64,000 bases of DNA from a virus: IMG/VR virus record IMGVR_UViG_3300045988_165974, positions 74,244-138,243 of that record. One strand, given 5' to 3'. Of this stretch, positions 1-8,266 are shown in pieces (the first letter of the stretch is position 1; each line of letters starts with the position of its first letter). Both the position numbers and the translations under genes were made by a program. Below the pieces are notes generated by a model. It saw only the letters and a list, made by a program, of their open reading frames with translations. It made no database searches and had not been told where the DNA came from.

Positions 1-334
1 GCCTTATATGAATATAAATTCAAATATACTTTGTAGCACTAGTGAAGATGAAATTCACAAACTAGATAGATATGAAATTGCAGAAATACTTGATGTAAAA
101 GACGATAAGAGAAATTTATCTAAAATGATAAGAACTCTTTTAAATCTTAAAGTTGATTTTGAAAATTATAAATTGCAGGTATTTAAATTAGTAAAAGTAT
201 ATGACACCAATTTTGTTGAAGAATATTTTGTAGTCAATCCAATTTTAGCATATAAAGGAGATGACTATTATAAGATGCAAGAAATCCTAAAAACATATTT
301 CTTTGATGAAGATGATATTAAAGTAATAAGATAA
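1..334 (+). CDS. Rep/wHTH-like protein, C-terminal part (5' end probably outside the window)
   Basis: The frame is open to base 1. The tail ...EEYFVVNPILAYKGDDYY... aligns with ...VDYFITNPLLIWKGSDVD... of 8267..9202 and with the relic at 44341..44484. Confidence 0.6.
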   Translation, partial: PYMNINSNILCSTSEDEIHKLDRYEIAEILDVKDDKRNLSKMIRTLLNLKVDFENYKLQVFKLVKVYDTNFVEEYFVVNPILAYKGDDYYKMQEILKTYFFDEDDIKVIR

Positions 335-353
335 ATAGATTCGCTCTGATTAA

Positions 354-782
354 TTTCAGGGCGATTTTTAATATTTTTGAACATTGGTGTATTTGAGGAC
401 GATTTTAAAAAATAAAAAACCACTCAAATGCCGATAAGAGTGGTTTAAACTAAAAAACTTTTCATCTTAAGGAACTATCACTCTACGACCAAATAGATTA
501 CAGTTCTCTTATTTTTATTATATCATGTATAGAAAAATTTTGCAAGAATTTATTTTTTAAACAACTTCATGTTTTTGAACATCGGTGTATTTGAGGCAGA
601 CTTTTTATATAAAATCCATGTTTTTAAACATTAGTGTATTTGAGGACGATTTTAGAAAAAAACACATTAAAAACATTGATATTTCAACGATTGCATAGCA
701 ATAGGATTTGATTAGGTTAAATTTAATGGTCTACTTTGAGGCAGAAAAAAACAACGATTTTGACACTTTGAGGCAGATTTTT
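354..782 (+). repeat. Iteron array: six same-orientation copies of TTTGAGG(A/C)(C/A)GA(Y)TTTT, three of them inside a longer ~33-nt repeat
   Basis: Core copies lie at 354-368, 392-406, 590-606, 639-653, 735-748 and 767-782. The long form TTTTTGAACATYGGTGTATTTGAGG... lies at 374-406, 572-606 and 621-653. Confidence 0.75.
411..446 (-). terminator. Intrinsic terminator (reads as hairpin plus T-run on the - strand)
   Basis: Stem CCACTC (420-425) pairs with GAGTGG (438-443). The A-run 412-419 is a T-run on the - strand. Confidence 0.45.
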
Positions 783-811
783 AAAATGGCAGAGAATGTT
801 GATATTTCAAC
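676..811. repeat. Two copies of the partial palindrome TTGATATTTCAAC (candidate operator or partition-type site)
   Basis: Identical 13-mers at 676-688 and 799-811, with GTTGA/TCAAC arms, interleaved with the iterons. Confidence 0.5.
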
Positions 812-1067
812 AATAACTCCAATTTTAGGTAGTTGCATCATTATTATTATTCTCTCTATATAGCTAACGCCAAATTCTTTTCCGATAAACGAGAAATATT
901 CTTTAAATTTTCCCAAGTGATTAATTAGTTTTCGTGATATAAAAACACATGGAAAATTCTGTTCAGATTTATTTTTATCTTCCCTCACTTCATAACAAAT
1001 AGATAAGATAGAAACAACTAGATGTTCAGTCCAGCTAAAAAAACATCTGAACTTTTACAAATTATTC

Positions 1068-1096
1068 TTGACATTTTTATATTAAAATACTATAAT
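1068..1096 (+). promoter_or_regulatory. Sigma-A type promoter
   Basis: TTGACA (1068-1073), a 17-nt spacer, then TATAAT (1091-1096). Confidence 0.6.
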
Positions 1097-1208
1097 CTAC
1101 TTATAAACAGTAAAGGAGAGATTCAATCATGAAAAATAACTCTTCATTTTATAGGAAATAAGGGTTTTATACTTGTTGTATAATTCCCAAATAAAAAGGA
1201 GAAGGAAA

Positions 1209-2126
1209 ATGAAAGAAATCAATATTTATAACGAAAAAAAAGTAGAAGAAGTTATGTCAACATGGAAACCAACTGCAAGAAATTCTGCTAAAGGTGGTTA
1301 TAAAAAATTACTTTTTTACTTAAAAAGAGAAGGTTCTTTAAAAGTAAAAGGGAAAAACTATTATACAACAAAAGACATGTTAGACAGATATTTAGAAGAG
1401 ACAACAAATAAGAGTTCGTATCAGGCTATGAGTATTATTAAAACTTATATGAACAAACTGTTTAGAGAGTTGGAAATTGATTATCAATTCGAAGCAATAT
1501 CTAGTAAGCAATACATTAGAAATACAGACTTTTACAACAAAGAAGAAGTAAAACAAATAGCTCTATTAACTAGAAATGCACAGGATAGATTTATAATCTA
1601 CGGACTGTTTAGCGGTCTAAAAGGCAGCAAGTTTTGTGAGTTATTAGATTTAAAAACGAAAGACATAGATTTTAAGCACAATCTAATTAAAATAAACAAT
1701 AGAAAAATAGAAATGGATGAATTCATGACTATGATAGCTAAAGATACAGTTAATCAAGAAATTTATTATAAGAAAGGGGAGAAAGAAAACACTAGTAAGT
1801 CATCTATGTTTTATGAACTTAATATGCATAGTGAATATGTTTTAAAACCAAAGCCATACGCTAAAAACAATAAAGGTTTAAAGCCATTTAGTTTATGTGG
1901 ATTTAAAACAAAGCTAGAAAAAATAAGTGCAGATTTAGAGGGTTCTAGTTTTTATCCAGTTTTAGCAGACAAACTGTATAAGTCAGGAATCTTATATCAA
2001 ATGAAAAAAATAGAAGAAGAAACAGGTATAGTATGGAAAAATAAAAATCTTGATGACTGGAAAAAAACAGAAGGCTTAATTTTTGGTACTTCTGAAATTC
2101 TAAATATCTATAGACAAATGAATTAA
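1209..2126 (+). CDS. Tyrosine-recombinase-like (degenerate) protein, function unknown
   Basis: ATG 1209 follows an AAGGAGAAGG RBS. The segment ...LFSGLKGSKFCELLDLKTKDIDF... resembles recombinase box I, but no HxxR or catalytic Tyr motif is recognisable. Confidence 0.55.
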   Translation: MKEINIYNEKKVEEVMSTWKPTARNSAKGGYKKLLFYLKREGSLKVKGKNYYTTKDMLDRYLEETTNKSSYQAMSIIKTYMNKLFRELEIDYQFEAISSKQYIRNTDFYNKEEVKQIALLTRNAQDRFIIYGLFSGLKGSKFCELLDLKTKDIDFKHNLIKINNRKIEMDEFMTMIAKDTVNQEIYYKKGEKENTSKSSMFYELNMHSEYVLKPKPYAKNNKGLKPFSLCGFKTKLEKISADLEGSSFYPVLADKLYKSGILYQMKKIEEETGIVWKNKNLDDWKKTEGLIFGTSEILNIYRQMN

Positions 2127-2149
2127 CATTTCGGAAAGGGTTTTGTTGT

Positions 2150-2491
2150 ATGTTAAGAAATATTGAGGGAAATAATGTTTTAGATATGCTAAAAACATTA
2201 GAAAGAGTAGAAAAAAATAAAACAAATGAGGAATATTATATTCCTAAGTTTGAGCAACTAAAAGGGTTTTTATACAGAAAAGAAATATTTAAAGCAATAG
2301 AAGTATTTGAAGAACTTTTTAGTGAAAAAATCAATATCTGTTTTAGAGACATACTAACACAATATTTAAGAAACAAAACTAAGGCAGATATTGACAAAGA
2401 CATTCAAAGATGGATGACAGAATACAAAAATAGAGCCGAATGGGGTTTCATAACCTGTATAGGAGCAGAAATGCATAAAAACATAGGCTAG
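2150..2491 (+). CDS. Hypothetical protein
   Basis: 113-aa ORF with a GGAAAGGG RBS, followed by the hairpin CTAGGG-TTCT-CCCTAG. Confidence 0.6.
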   Translation: MLRNIEGNNVLDMLKTLERVEKNKTNEEYYIPKFEQLKGFLYRKEIFKAIEVFEELFSEKINICFRDILTQYLRNKTKADIDKDIQRWMTEYKNRAEWGFITCIGAEMHKNIG

Positions 2492-2559
2492 GGTTCTCCC
2501 TAGTCTTTAGGAGGTAATTATAAGAACTTTTAAATTTAGTAAGAAATGGAGATGATTAG

Positions 2560-3480
2560 ATGAATAATTACAGTACAGAAGTTAAGAAAAGATTTTGTAA
2601 AGACTTTGACATTCCAATTAAGATATATAGCGAGCCTTACTGGAGTTACTTGACAAACTTATATGAAAACTATTTTGGATTGTCAGATAAGTTTATTTTA
2701 CTAGATGAAGAAATCAGTAAATGCAATTCAGAGCAAGAGTTTTTAGATAAAATGTTTCATCTTAGAGACGATATTATAACAAAAACAAAAGAGACGGATG
2801 CTTATAAACATTTTTTAGAAATGGATATGAATAAATATGGGGTTAAATCAAAATTTTCAAGTAAGCACATTTATAATAATCAAAATGTTGGAAAAGTCTT
2901 TATATCAATTGACTTGATAAAAGCAAACTTTCAAGCATTAAAATATATTGATAAAGACCTCGTATTTGGCTCTGAGACATACGGAGAGTACCTTGACGGG
3001 TTTACCGATAGTAAGTATCTAAAAGAGAGTAAAAGGCTAAGACAGGTCATTTTTGGGAATATGAATCCTAAGCGACAAGTTACAGTAGAAAAATTTCTAA
3101 TGAATCAAGTCCTAGGCTTATTGGAAAGAAAATATGAATTAGGGACAATAGTTTCTTTTTCCAATGATGAAATCATATATCAAGCAGATGATTTTGTTGC
3201 AGAATATTTAACTAATTTTCTTCCTGAAAATATAAAAAACATAGTAAAGGCAAATTTAGGATTAGATGTTCGTGTTGAAATATTTAAACTTTGCAAAATA
3301 GAAAATTCAGACTTCTATGTAAAAGAGGATTTAAATACAAATGGATATAAATTGATGTGTGTTCCAGCGAATTACTTTTCTCAAGCATATAAAAAATATA
3401 ACGGATTACAAATTGTTGATATGGATTTAACTTTCTGGTATGAAAATCAATTGTGTAAATTTATAAATCCATTGTTTTAG
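2560..3480 (+). CDS. Hypothetical protein
   Basis: 306-aa ORF with a GGAGATG RBS region. No motif recognised. Confidence 0.65.
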   Translation: MNNYSTEVKKRFCKDFDIPIKIYSEPYWSYLTNLYENYFGLSDKFILLDEEISKCNSEQEFLDKMFHLRDDIITKTKETDAYKHFLEMDMNKYGVKSKFSSKHIYNNQNVGKVFISIDLIKANFQALKYIDKDLVFGSETYGEYLDGFTDSKYLKESKRLRQVIFGNMNPKRQVTVEKFLMNQVLGLLERKYELGTIVSFSNDEIIYQADDFVAEYLTNFLPENIKNIVKANLGLDVRVEIFKLCKIENSDFYVKEDLNTNGYKLMCVPANYFSQAYKKYNGLQIVDMDLTFWYENQLCKFINPLF

Positions 3481-3490
3481 GAGGAAGAAA

Positions 3491-4660
3491 TTGCTAAAGA
3501 GTTACAAAACGGAAATAAACCCAACACAGGAACAAATACAAAAGATAAATAAAACAATTGGAACTTGTAGATTTATTTATAATTTTTACATCGCTCATAA
3601 TAAAGAACTCTATAACAAGGGCGAAAAATTTATGACGGCAAAATCATTCAGTGTTTGGTTAAATAATGAATTTCTACCAAATAATCCGAATTATTCATGG
3701 ATAAAAGAAGTAAGTTCTAAATCAGTTAAAAAATCTATGGAAAATGCTTATACTGCTTTTAATAAGTTTTTTAAGAAACAAAGTAAGTTTCCTAGATTTA
3801 AGAAAAAGAATAAATCTGATGTAAAAATGTACTTTGTAAAAAATAATCCAAAAGATTGTTTCTGTGAAAGACATAGAATTAATATTCCTACTCTTGGATG
3901 GATTAAATTAAAAGAAAAGGGATATATTCCTACTACTAAAGACGGATATGTAATTAAAAGTGGTACGGTTTCTTGCAAAGCTGGAAGATATTATGTATCA
4001 GTTTTAATTGATACTTCTGATACAGAAAAACCACAATTAAATGACTTTGGATTAGGAATTGATTTAGGTGTTAAAGAATTTGCGGTAATTAGTAATGGAA
4101 CTATAAAGAAAAATATAAATAAAACTGCTAAATTAAAAAAAATAGAAAAACAATTAAAAAGAGAACAGCGTTGCCTATCGAGAAAATACGAAGGATTAAA
4201 GAAACGCAACAATAAAATGAAAGGAGAAGCCACTAGGCAAAATATTAAAAAACAAGTCTTAAAGGTACAGAAACTTCATCAAAGAATGGATAATATTCGT
4301 ACTGATTATATCAATAAATGTGTAAATGAGATAGTGAAAACCAAGCCATCTTATATTACCATTGAAGATTTGAATGTAAAAGGAATGATGAAGAATAAAC
4401 ATCTCTCTAAGGCAGTTGCTTCACAGAAATTCTATGAATTTAGAACTAAACTTGAAACAAAATGCAAAGAATTAGGAATTGAATTAAGAATTGTAAATAG
4501 GTGGTATCCATCGAGTAAATTGTGTCATGAATGTGGTTGTATCAATAAAGATTTAAAACTTTCTGACAGAGAATATATTTGTGGATGTGGATACCATGCT
4601 GATAGAGATTATAATGCAAGTCTTAATTTGAGAGATGCAATATCCTACAAAATAGCATAA
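3491..4660 (+). CDS. tnpB: TnpB (OrfB) RNA-guided endonuclease
   Basis: RuvC triad is present in GIDLGVKEFAV (D), ITIEDLNVKGM (E) and HADRDYNASLNL (D). A Zn finger reads CHECG...CGCGYH. The N-terminus YKTEINPTQEQ...CRFIYN is typical. TTG start after an AGGAGG RBS. Confidence 0.9.
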   Translation: MLKSYKTEINPTQEQIQKINKTIGTCRFIYNFYIAHNKELYNKGEKFMTAKSFSVWLNNEFLPNNPNYSWIKEVSSKSVKKSMENAYTAFNKFFKKQSKFPRFKKKNKSDVKMYFVKNNPKDCFCERHRINIPTLGWIKLKEKGYIPTTKDGYVIKSGTVSCKAGRYYVSVLIDTSDTEKPQLNDFGLGIDLGVKEFAVISNGTIKKNINKTAKLKKIEKQLKREQRCLSRKYEGLKKRNNKMKGEATRQNIKKQVLKVQKLHQRMDNIRTDYINKCVNEIVKTKPSYITIEDLNVKGMMKNKHLSKAVASQKFYEFRTKLETKCKELGIELRIVNRWYPSSKLCHECGCINKDLKLSDREYICGCGYHADRDYNASLNLRDAISYKIA

Positions 4661-4846
4661 ACAAGCATTTGTAGGTATGTACCGATGGCTTTAGTCGGGA
4701 ATTTACGACTGTGGACTGTACAAGAACTTGTGAGTAGTGTATTACTTTGTAATCACAAAAGCATACAGGATGAAACAGTAAGAAAAGTTTGTGAAAACTT
4801 TCAATATCTCGATATGGGTATATTTGTCCATATTTTGAGTGGCAGG
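4661..4846 (+). ncRNA. Putative TnpB omega (right-end) RNA scaffold
   Basis: Lies immediately 3' of tnpB. A 170-nt block (4677-4846) recurs at 24942-25111. Hairpins AAAGTTT-GTGA-AAACTTT (4784-4801) and ATATGG...CCATAT (4812-4833) are present. Confidence 0.55.
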
Positions 4847-4851
4847 AAGAC

Positions 4852-5106
4852 ATGCAGCTATATAGAACAAAGAGAAATGAGTTAAATGATAAGTTAAGAA
4901 ATACAAAAACTATGGACCAGTTGTTATCTCTTGAAGGAGAAACTCTGTGTCATGGGTTTGGTTTCTATTCAAAACGTTGCCAAGATAGACAAATAAGTAA
5001 TTTCAGAAATGGAGTTGACGGCAAAGTCCAATATCTATATGTTGATGACAAGAAGTTAGGATATTCTCAAATAAAAAATCTATATAAATATTTTGAAATC
5101 AGATAA
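4852..5106 (+). CDS. Hypothetical protein
   Basis: 84-aa ORF directly upstream of the sigma factor gene. The RBS is weak and the start abuts the omega-RNA-like module. Confidence 0.4.
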   Translation: MQLYRTKRNELNDKLRNTKTMDQLLSLEGETLCHGFGFYSKRCQDRQISNFRNGVDGKVQYLYVDDKKLGYSQIKNLYKYFEIR

Positions 5107-5117
5107 AGGAGGCTATT

Positions 5118-5816
5118 ATGAATTTTAAAACAGATGAAGAAAGAAATAACTTTGTAACAGATAATATGAGCCTTGTACCATTTTTAGTAAATAGATATTT
5201 CATGAATTATGTTGGAATAGATTCCGCATGGGAATATGAGGATATTTTACAGCTTGGATATATTTCATTAATAAAAGCTACAAATAAATTTGATGAAAAT
5301 GTAAATATAAAATTTTCATATTGGCTAAGACTTTTCATGAAAAGAGAATTTCAAAACACTTTTAGAGAAGTCAGATGTGGAATTAGATATAAGAGAGACA
5401 TACCTAAGAAAAGAGATATGGTAATTAAATTAGCAAATAATGGTTTTACAGATAAAGAAATATCTAAAAAGACAGGAATGTCTTTAAAAGATATAGATAG
5501 CATGAAACAAATCTCATATAATGGCATTAGTTTAGATGCATTAGACGATGACGGAGAAGAAACAGATTTTACATCTATTGATAGACTTATGTACAAATCT
5601 AAGAATTATTCTACTTTGGATATAGAAGAGGATATTTTAGAAGGCTTTTCAGAAAGAGATAAAGACATTTTTAAATTAGCTAAAATAGGTGGGTTTACAC
5701 ATAAAGAAATTGCTAAAAAATATAATATGTCTGCCAAGAATGTTGGAAGAATAATATGTGATATAAAAAAAGGAATGAAAGAAAAGGCAAATCCAGATAT
5801 GAAAAAAGTTAGCTAA
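5118..5816 (+). CDS. Phage-encoded sigma-70 family sigma factor
   Basis: Region 2-like ...LQLGYISLIKATNKFDENVNIKFSYWLRLFMKREF... and region 4 HTH ...GFTHKEIAKKYNMSAKNVGRII... A GGAGG RBS precedes the start. Confidence 0.8.
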   Translation: MNFKTDEERNNFVTDNMSLVPFLVNRYFMNYVGIDSAWEYEDILQLGYISLIKATNKFDENVNIKFSYWLRLFMKREFQNTFREVRCGIRYKRDIPKKRDMVIKLANNGFTDKEISKKTGMSLKDIDSMKQISYNGISLDALDDDGEETDFTSIDRLMYKSKNYSTLDIEEDILEGFSERDKDIFKLAKIGGFTHKEIAKKYNMSAKNVGRIICDIKKGMKEKANPDMKKVS

Positions 5817-5831
5817 ATTTAAAAAATAATG

Positions 5832-5860
5832 TTGACAAACTAGTATAAAAAACATATAAT
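5832..5860 (+). promoter_or_regulatory. Sigma-A type promoter (conserved family)
   Basis: TTGACA (5832-5837), a 17-nt spacer, then TATAAT (5855-5860). Confidence 0.65.
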
Positions 5861-5927
5861 ATAATTAAGTTAAATACTTAATAGAATTTAACAAATAACA
5901 AATTTCCTCATATATCTTATCTATCTC

Positions 5928-5962
5928 GGCTCAAGATTATCCCCCTTGAGCCTATTTTTTTT
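5928..5962 (+). terminator. Promoter-proximal intrinsic terminator or attenuator in the leader of the antirepressor gene
   Basis: GGCTCAAG (5928-5935) pairs with CTTGAGCC (5945-5952), followed by a T8 run. It lies about 95 nt after the predicted start site and 40 nt before the ATG. Confidence 0.6.
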
Positions 5963-6001
5963 AAGTATTTGACTAAACTATAAAGATTGGAGAAGACAAA
6001 A

Positions 6002-6835
6002 ATGAATGAATTAATAAAAGTATTTAATTTTGAAGGAAAAGAATTAGAAGTATTAATGTATAACAATGAAGCTCTATTTAATCCAAGAGATGTTGGAAGA
6101 TGCTTAGAAATCTCTGATGTAACAGTTAGAAGACATATGCAAAATATGAATCAAAAACAATTTATTAAGCTTACAAATTCAGATGTTCAAGATATGAACT
6201 TCCGAAAATTAAATAATGCAGGAGAAAACTTCTTAACAGAATCTGGTGTTTATAAGCTTATTTTTAAGTCCCATAAAGAATCCGCAGAGAAATTTCAAGA
6301 CTGGATAACAGATGAAGTTCTTCCAAGTATAAGAAAACATGGAACATATATGACGGATAATGTATTAGAACAAGCAATATCAAACCCAGATTTTTTAATA
6401 GGATTACTACAAAATTTAAAGGAAGAACAACAACAAAGAAAAATAGCAGAAGAAAAAGCTAAAGTATTAGAAATTGAAGTAGACCATAAAGAGGATGTTA
6501 TTGTTGGTCTTTGTCAAGATATATCTTTAGCAGAAAAAAGACAAAGAATAAAACAAATTATAAATCATAATTCAAACGGTAGATATTCAGACAGATATAA
6601 TCTTTTATATAAAGAATTCCAAGACAAATACCACATAGATTTAAAAAGACGTATGAATAATCTTGAAGTCAAATCAATTAATGAAAATAGACATCATGAA
6701 TATATTAAAATTACATCAAAAATTAAAACTAATAAAATGGAATATATAGATAAAATATTATGCATGATTCCTGAACTGTACGAAATCAGCTGCAAGATAT
6801 TTGAAAACGATGTCGCAGAACTAATGAAAGAATAG
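6002..6835 (+). CDS. BRO-N / ANT-type phage antirepressor
   Basis: ...FNFEGKELEVLMYNNEALFNPRDVGRCLEI...TESGVYKLIFKSHKESAEKFQDWITDEVLPSIRKHGTY... is the Bro-N signature. ATG 6002 follows a TTGGAGAAG RBS. Confidence 0.8.
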   Translation: MNELIKVFNFEGKELEVLMYNNEALFNPRDVGRCLEISDVTVRRHMQNMNQKQFIKLTNSDVQDMNFRKLNNAGENFLTESGVYKLIFKSHKESAEKFQDWITDEVLPSIRKHGTYMTDNVLEQAISNPDFLIGLLQNLKEEQQQRKIAEEKAKVLEIEVDHKEDVIVGLCQDISLAEKRQRIKQIINHNSNGRYSDRYNLLYKEFQDKYHIDLKRRMNNLEVKSINENRHHEYIKITSKIKTNKMEYIDKILCMIPELYEISCKIFENDVAELMKE

Positions 6836-6866
6836 GAAACAACAATAATATAAATTGGAGGACAAA

Positions 6867-7193
6867 ATGAGAAAAGAAATAACTAAAGAAGAATGGTTTC
6901 AATATGAATTAAAGGTACATTTTTCGGATGGAGCATACAGAAAAAGAACCTTAGAAAGATACAGCCCGTTAGACGAAGAGAATTTTTTATATTACCAAAT
7001 GAAATTACCAATTTGGAAAATGGACACAGGAGAATATTACAATACGAATTTTATTACATCTATAGAAATTGGAATTAAAGATATTCAAAATGTAATTGGA
7101 GATTCAGAATTGGGCCTTGGATTATATGCAACGTTAGAAGGAATAGAGAAATATAACGAGGAGGTTTTGAAAAAGAAAAAATGGCAATTTTAA
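6867..7193 (+). CDS. Hypothetical protein
   Basis: ORF with ATG 6867 after a TTGGAGG RBS. Confidence 0.6.
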   Translation: MRKEITKEEWFQYELKVHFSDGAYRKRTLERYSPLDEENFLYYQMKLPIWKMDTGEYYNTNFITSIEIGIKDIQNVIGDSELGLGLYATLEGIEKYNEEVLKKKKWQF

Positions 7194-8119
7194 CGATAAC
7201 TCAAAAAGATTACGATTTAATTAAGATTAAAAAGGGGAAAAGAGGTTATACAACACTTGAAGATTTTTTAGATTATGGAAAAGAAAAATTTAATTTAGAA
7301 GAAGAAAGAATTAAAGGAATATTTTTTGAAAACATTCAAGCAAAAATTTCAGATTTAATTTATTTAGATAATGAGAATAAATCAATTTGTGAAATTCATA
7401 TAACTCATTGTGAAATAGAGAATATAAAATTAGAAGGAATCAAACATTTAAGAATAAAAAAATCTAAAATAGGAACAGTTTGTGCAGAAGAAATAAAAAC
7501 AATAGGTCTTCTTAATTCAACAATTTTCTTTTTACAATTGTCTGAAAGTATTGTGAACATAACTCTTTCAGATACTACAAATATAGGAACATTACATTTA
7601 TTTTGTTGTATTTATAAAATTTTTACTGATTCTCCCTTCTGTACGCTAGAAAAGATTCATGTAGAAAATAGTTATGTTACAAATATATGTAGGAACACTT
7701 CTTTATTAATGAAGGAAAGTAAGAAAATAACTAATTGTGGAAACAATCTATATCCTATAGTTCCAGAAACGGGTTCTTTTATTGGATACAAAAAAGCACT
7801 TAGTTGTATTACTCCAGGAAGACATTTTCCTGTAATTATAAAGCTGGAAATACAAGAAGATAGTTTAAGAAATTCTGCTTGTGGTAGAAAATGCAGAGCA
7901 AGTAAGGTAAAGGTTTTAGATATTTATAGTATTAAAGATAAAAATATAAAATACGAAATTGCTTATAGTAAATTTGGTTTATGTTCCGAAAATTCATTAA
8001 AATATGAAATTGGGAAAATAGTTGAGCCAAATTCTTTTGAAGAAGACAGATGGATTGAGTGTGCTCCAGGTATTCATTTCTTTATAACAGAAGAAGAAGC
8101 AATAAATTATGATTTTTAG
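7181..8119 (+). CDS. Hypothetical protein
   Basis: 312-aa ORF overlapping the upstream stop. The C-terminal ...GYKKAL...CAPGIHFFITEEEAINY resembles a domain seen in phage and giant-virus repeat proteins, which is a weak recollection only. Confidence 0.6.
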   Translation: MAILTITQKDYDLIKIKKGKRGYTTLEDFLDYGKEKFNLEEERIKGIFFENIQAKISDLIYLDNENKSICEIHITHCEIENIKLEGIKHLRIKKSKIGTVCAEEIKTIGLLNSTIFFLQLSESIVNITLSDTTNIGTLHLFCCIYKIFTDSPFCTLEKIHVENSYVTNICRNTSLLMKESKKITNCGNNLYPIVPETGSFIGYKKALSCITPGRHFPVIIKLEIQEDSLRNSACGRKCRASKVKVLDIYSIKDKNIKYEIAYSKFGLCSENSLKYEIGKIVEPNSFEEDRWIECAPGIHFFITEEEAINYDF

Positions 8120-8148
8120 TTGACAAACTTAAATAAAAAATATATAAT
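8120..8148 (+). promoter_or_regulatory. Sigma-A type promoter (conserved family)
   Basis: TTGACA (8120-8125), a 17-nt spacer, then TATAAT (8143-8148). Confidence 0.65.
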
Positions 8149-8220
8149 GTATATATATTCAATTAAATACTCTCCCCAGTATTTAGTTATCAATAATATA
8201 TATCATTAATATATTCCTCA

Positions 8221-8252
8221 GACCCAAGAATTCCCCTTGGGTCCATTTTTTT
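8221..8252 (+). terminator. Promoter-proximal intrinsic terminator or attenuator in the leader of the Rep-like gene
   Basis: GACCCAAG (8221-8228) pairs with CTTGGGTC (8236-8243), followed by a T7 run. The layout matches 5928-5962. Confidence 0.6.
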
Positions 8253-8266
8253 AAGGAGATGAACAG

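Larger units (their letters stand above)
3481..4846 (+). mobile_element. IS200/IS605-family, tnpB-only (IS1341-type) element; ends not defined
   Basis: tnpB is followed by a structured 3' module and there is no tnpA. Only 10 nt separate tnpB from the upstream ORF. A 9-bp inverted repeat ATGGATTTA (3421-3429) / TAAATCCAT (3464-3472) inside that ORF could be the left-end hairpin. Confidence 0.5.

Noticed and set aside
354-811. Possible CRISPR array from the repeated ~33-nt units
   Set aside because: There are only three long copies, with irregular spacing (about 165 nt and about 15 nt) and degenerate partial copies. There are no cas genes or leader. The context of Rep-like genes fits iterons better.
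731-988. 85-aa - strand ORF in the iteron region
   Set aside because: It overlaps two iteron copies and a palindrome box, and has no convincing RBS or recognisable motif. It is probably a chance ORF in AT-rich non-coding DNA, although a small divergent regulator cannot be excluded.
1129-1161. 10-codon upstream ORF (MKNNSSFYRK) with a strong AAAGGAGAG RBS ahead of 1209..2126
   Set aside because: It is too short to support from sequence alone. It could be a leader peptide but there is no further evidence.
3748-4233. Antisense and nested ORFs from the six-frame track (3748..3978, 3991..4233). Others include 5351..5596, 9751..9948, 11496..11726, 13355..13576, 16725..16970, 18493..19026 and 32099..32547. 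The set also includes 37256..39461, 48371..48670, 50556..50825, 57016..58350, 60003..60656 and 63432..63668.
   Set aside because: All lie inside and opposite to longer ORFs that have clear motifs or an RBS. Their compositions (F/I/L/S/K-rich) are typical of antisense AT-rich coding DNA.
4623-4885. ORFs 4623..4853 (-), 4685..4885 (+) and 24848..25087 (-), which share peptide strings such as CFCDYKVI.YSQV.V.STVVNSRL
   Set aside because: The shared peptides simply reflect the conserved nucleotide block of the omega-RNA-like module. The differences between copies preserve RNA pairing rather than a reading frame, and no RBS is present.
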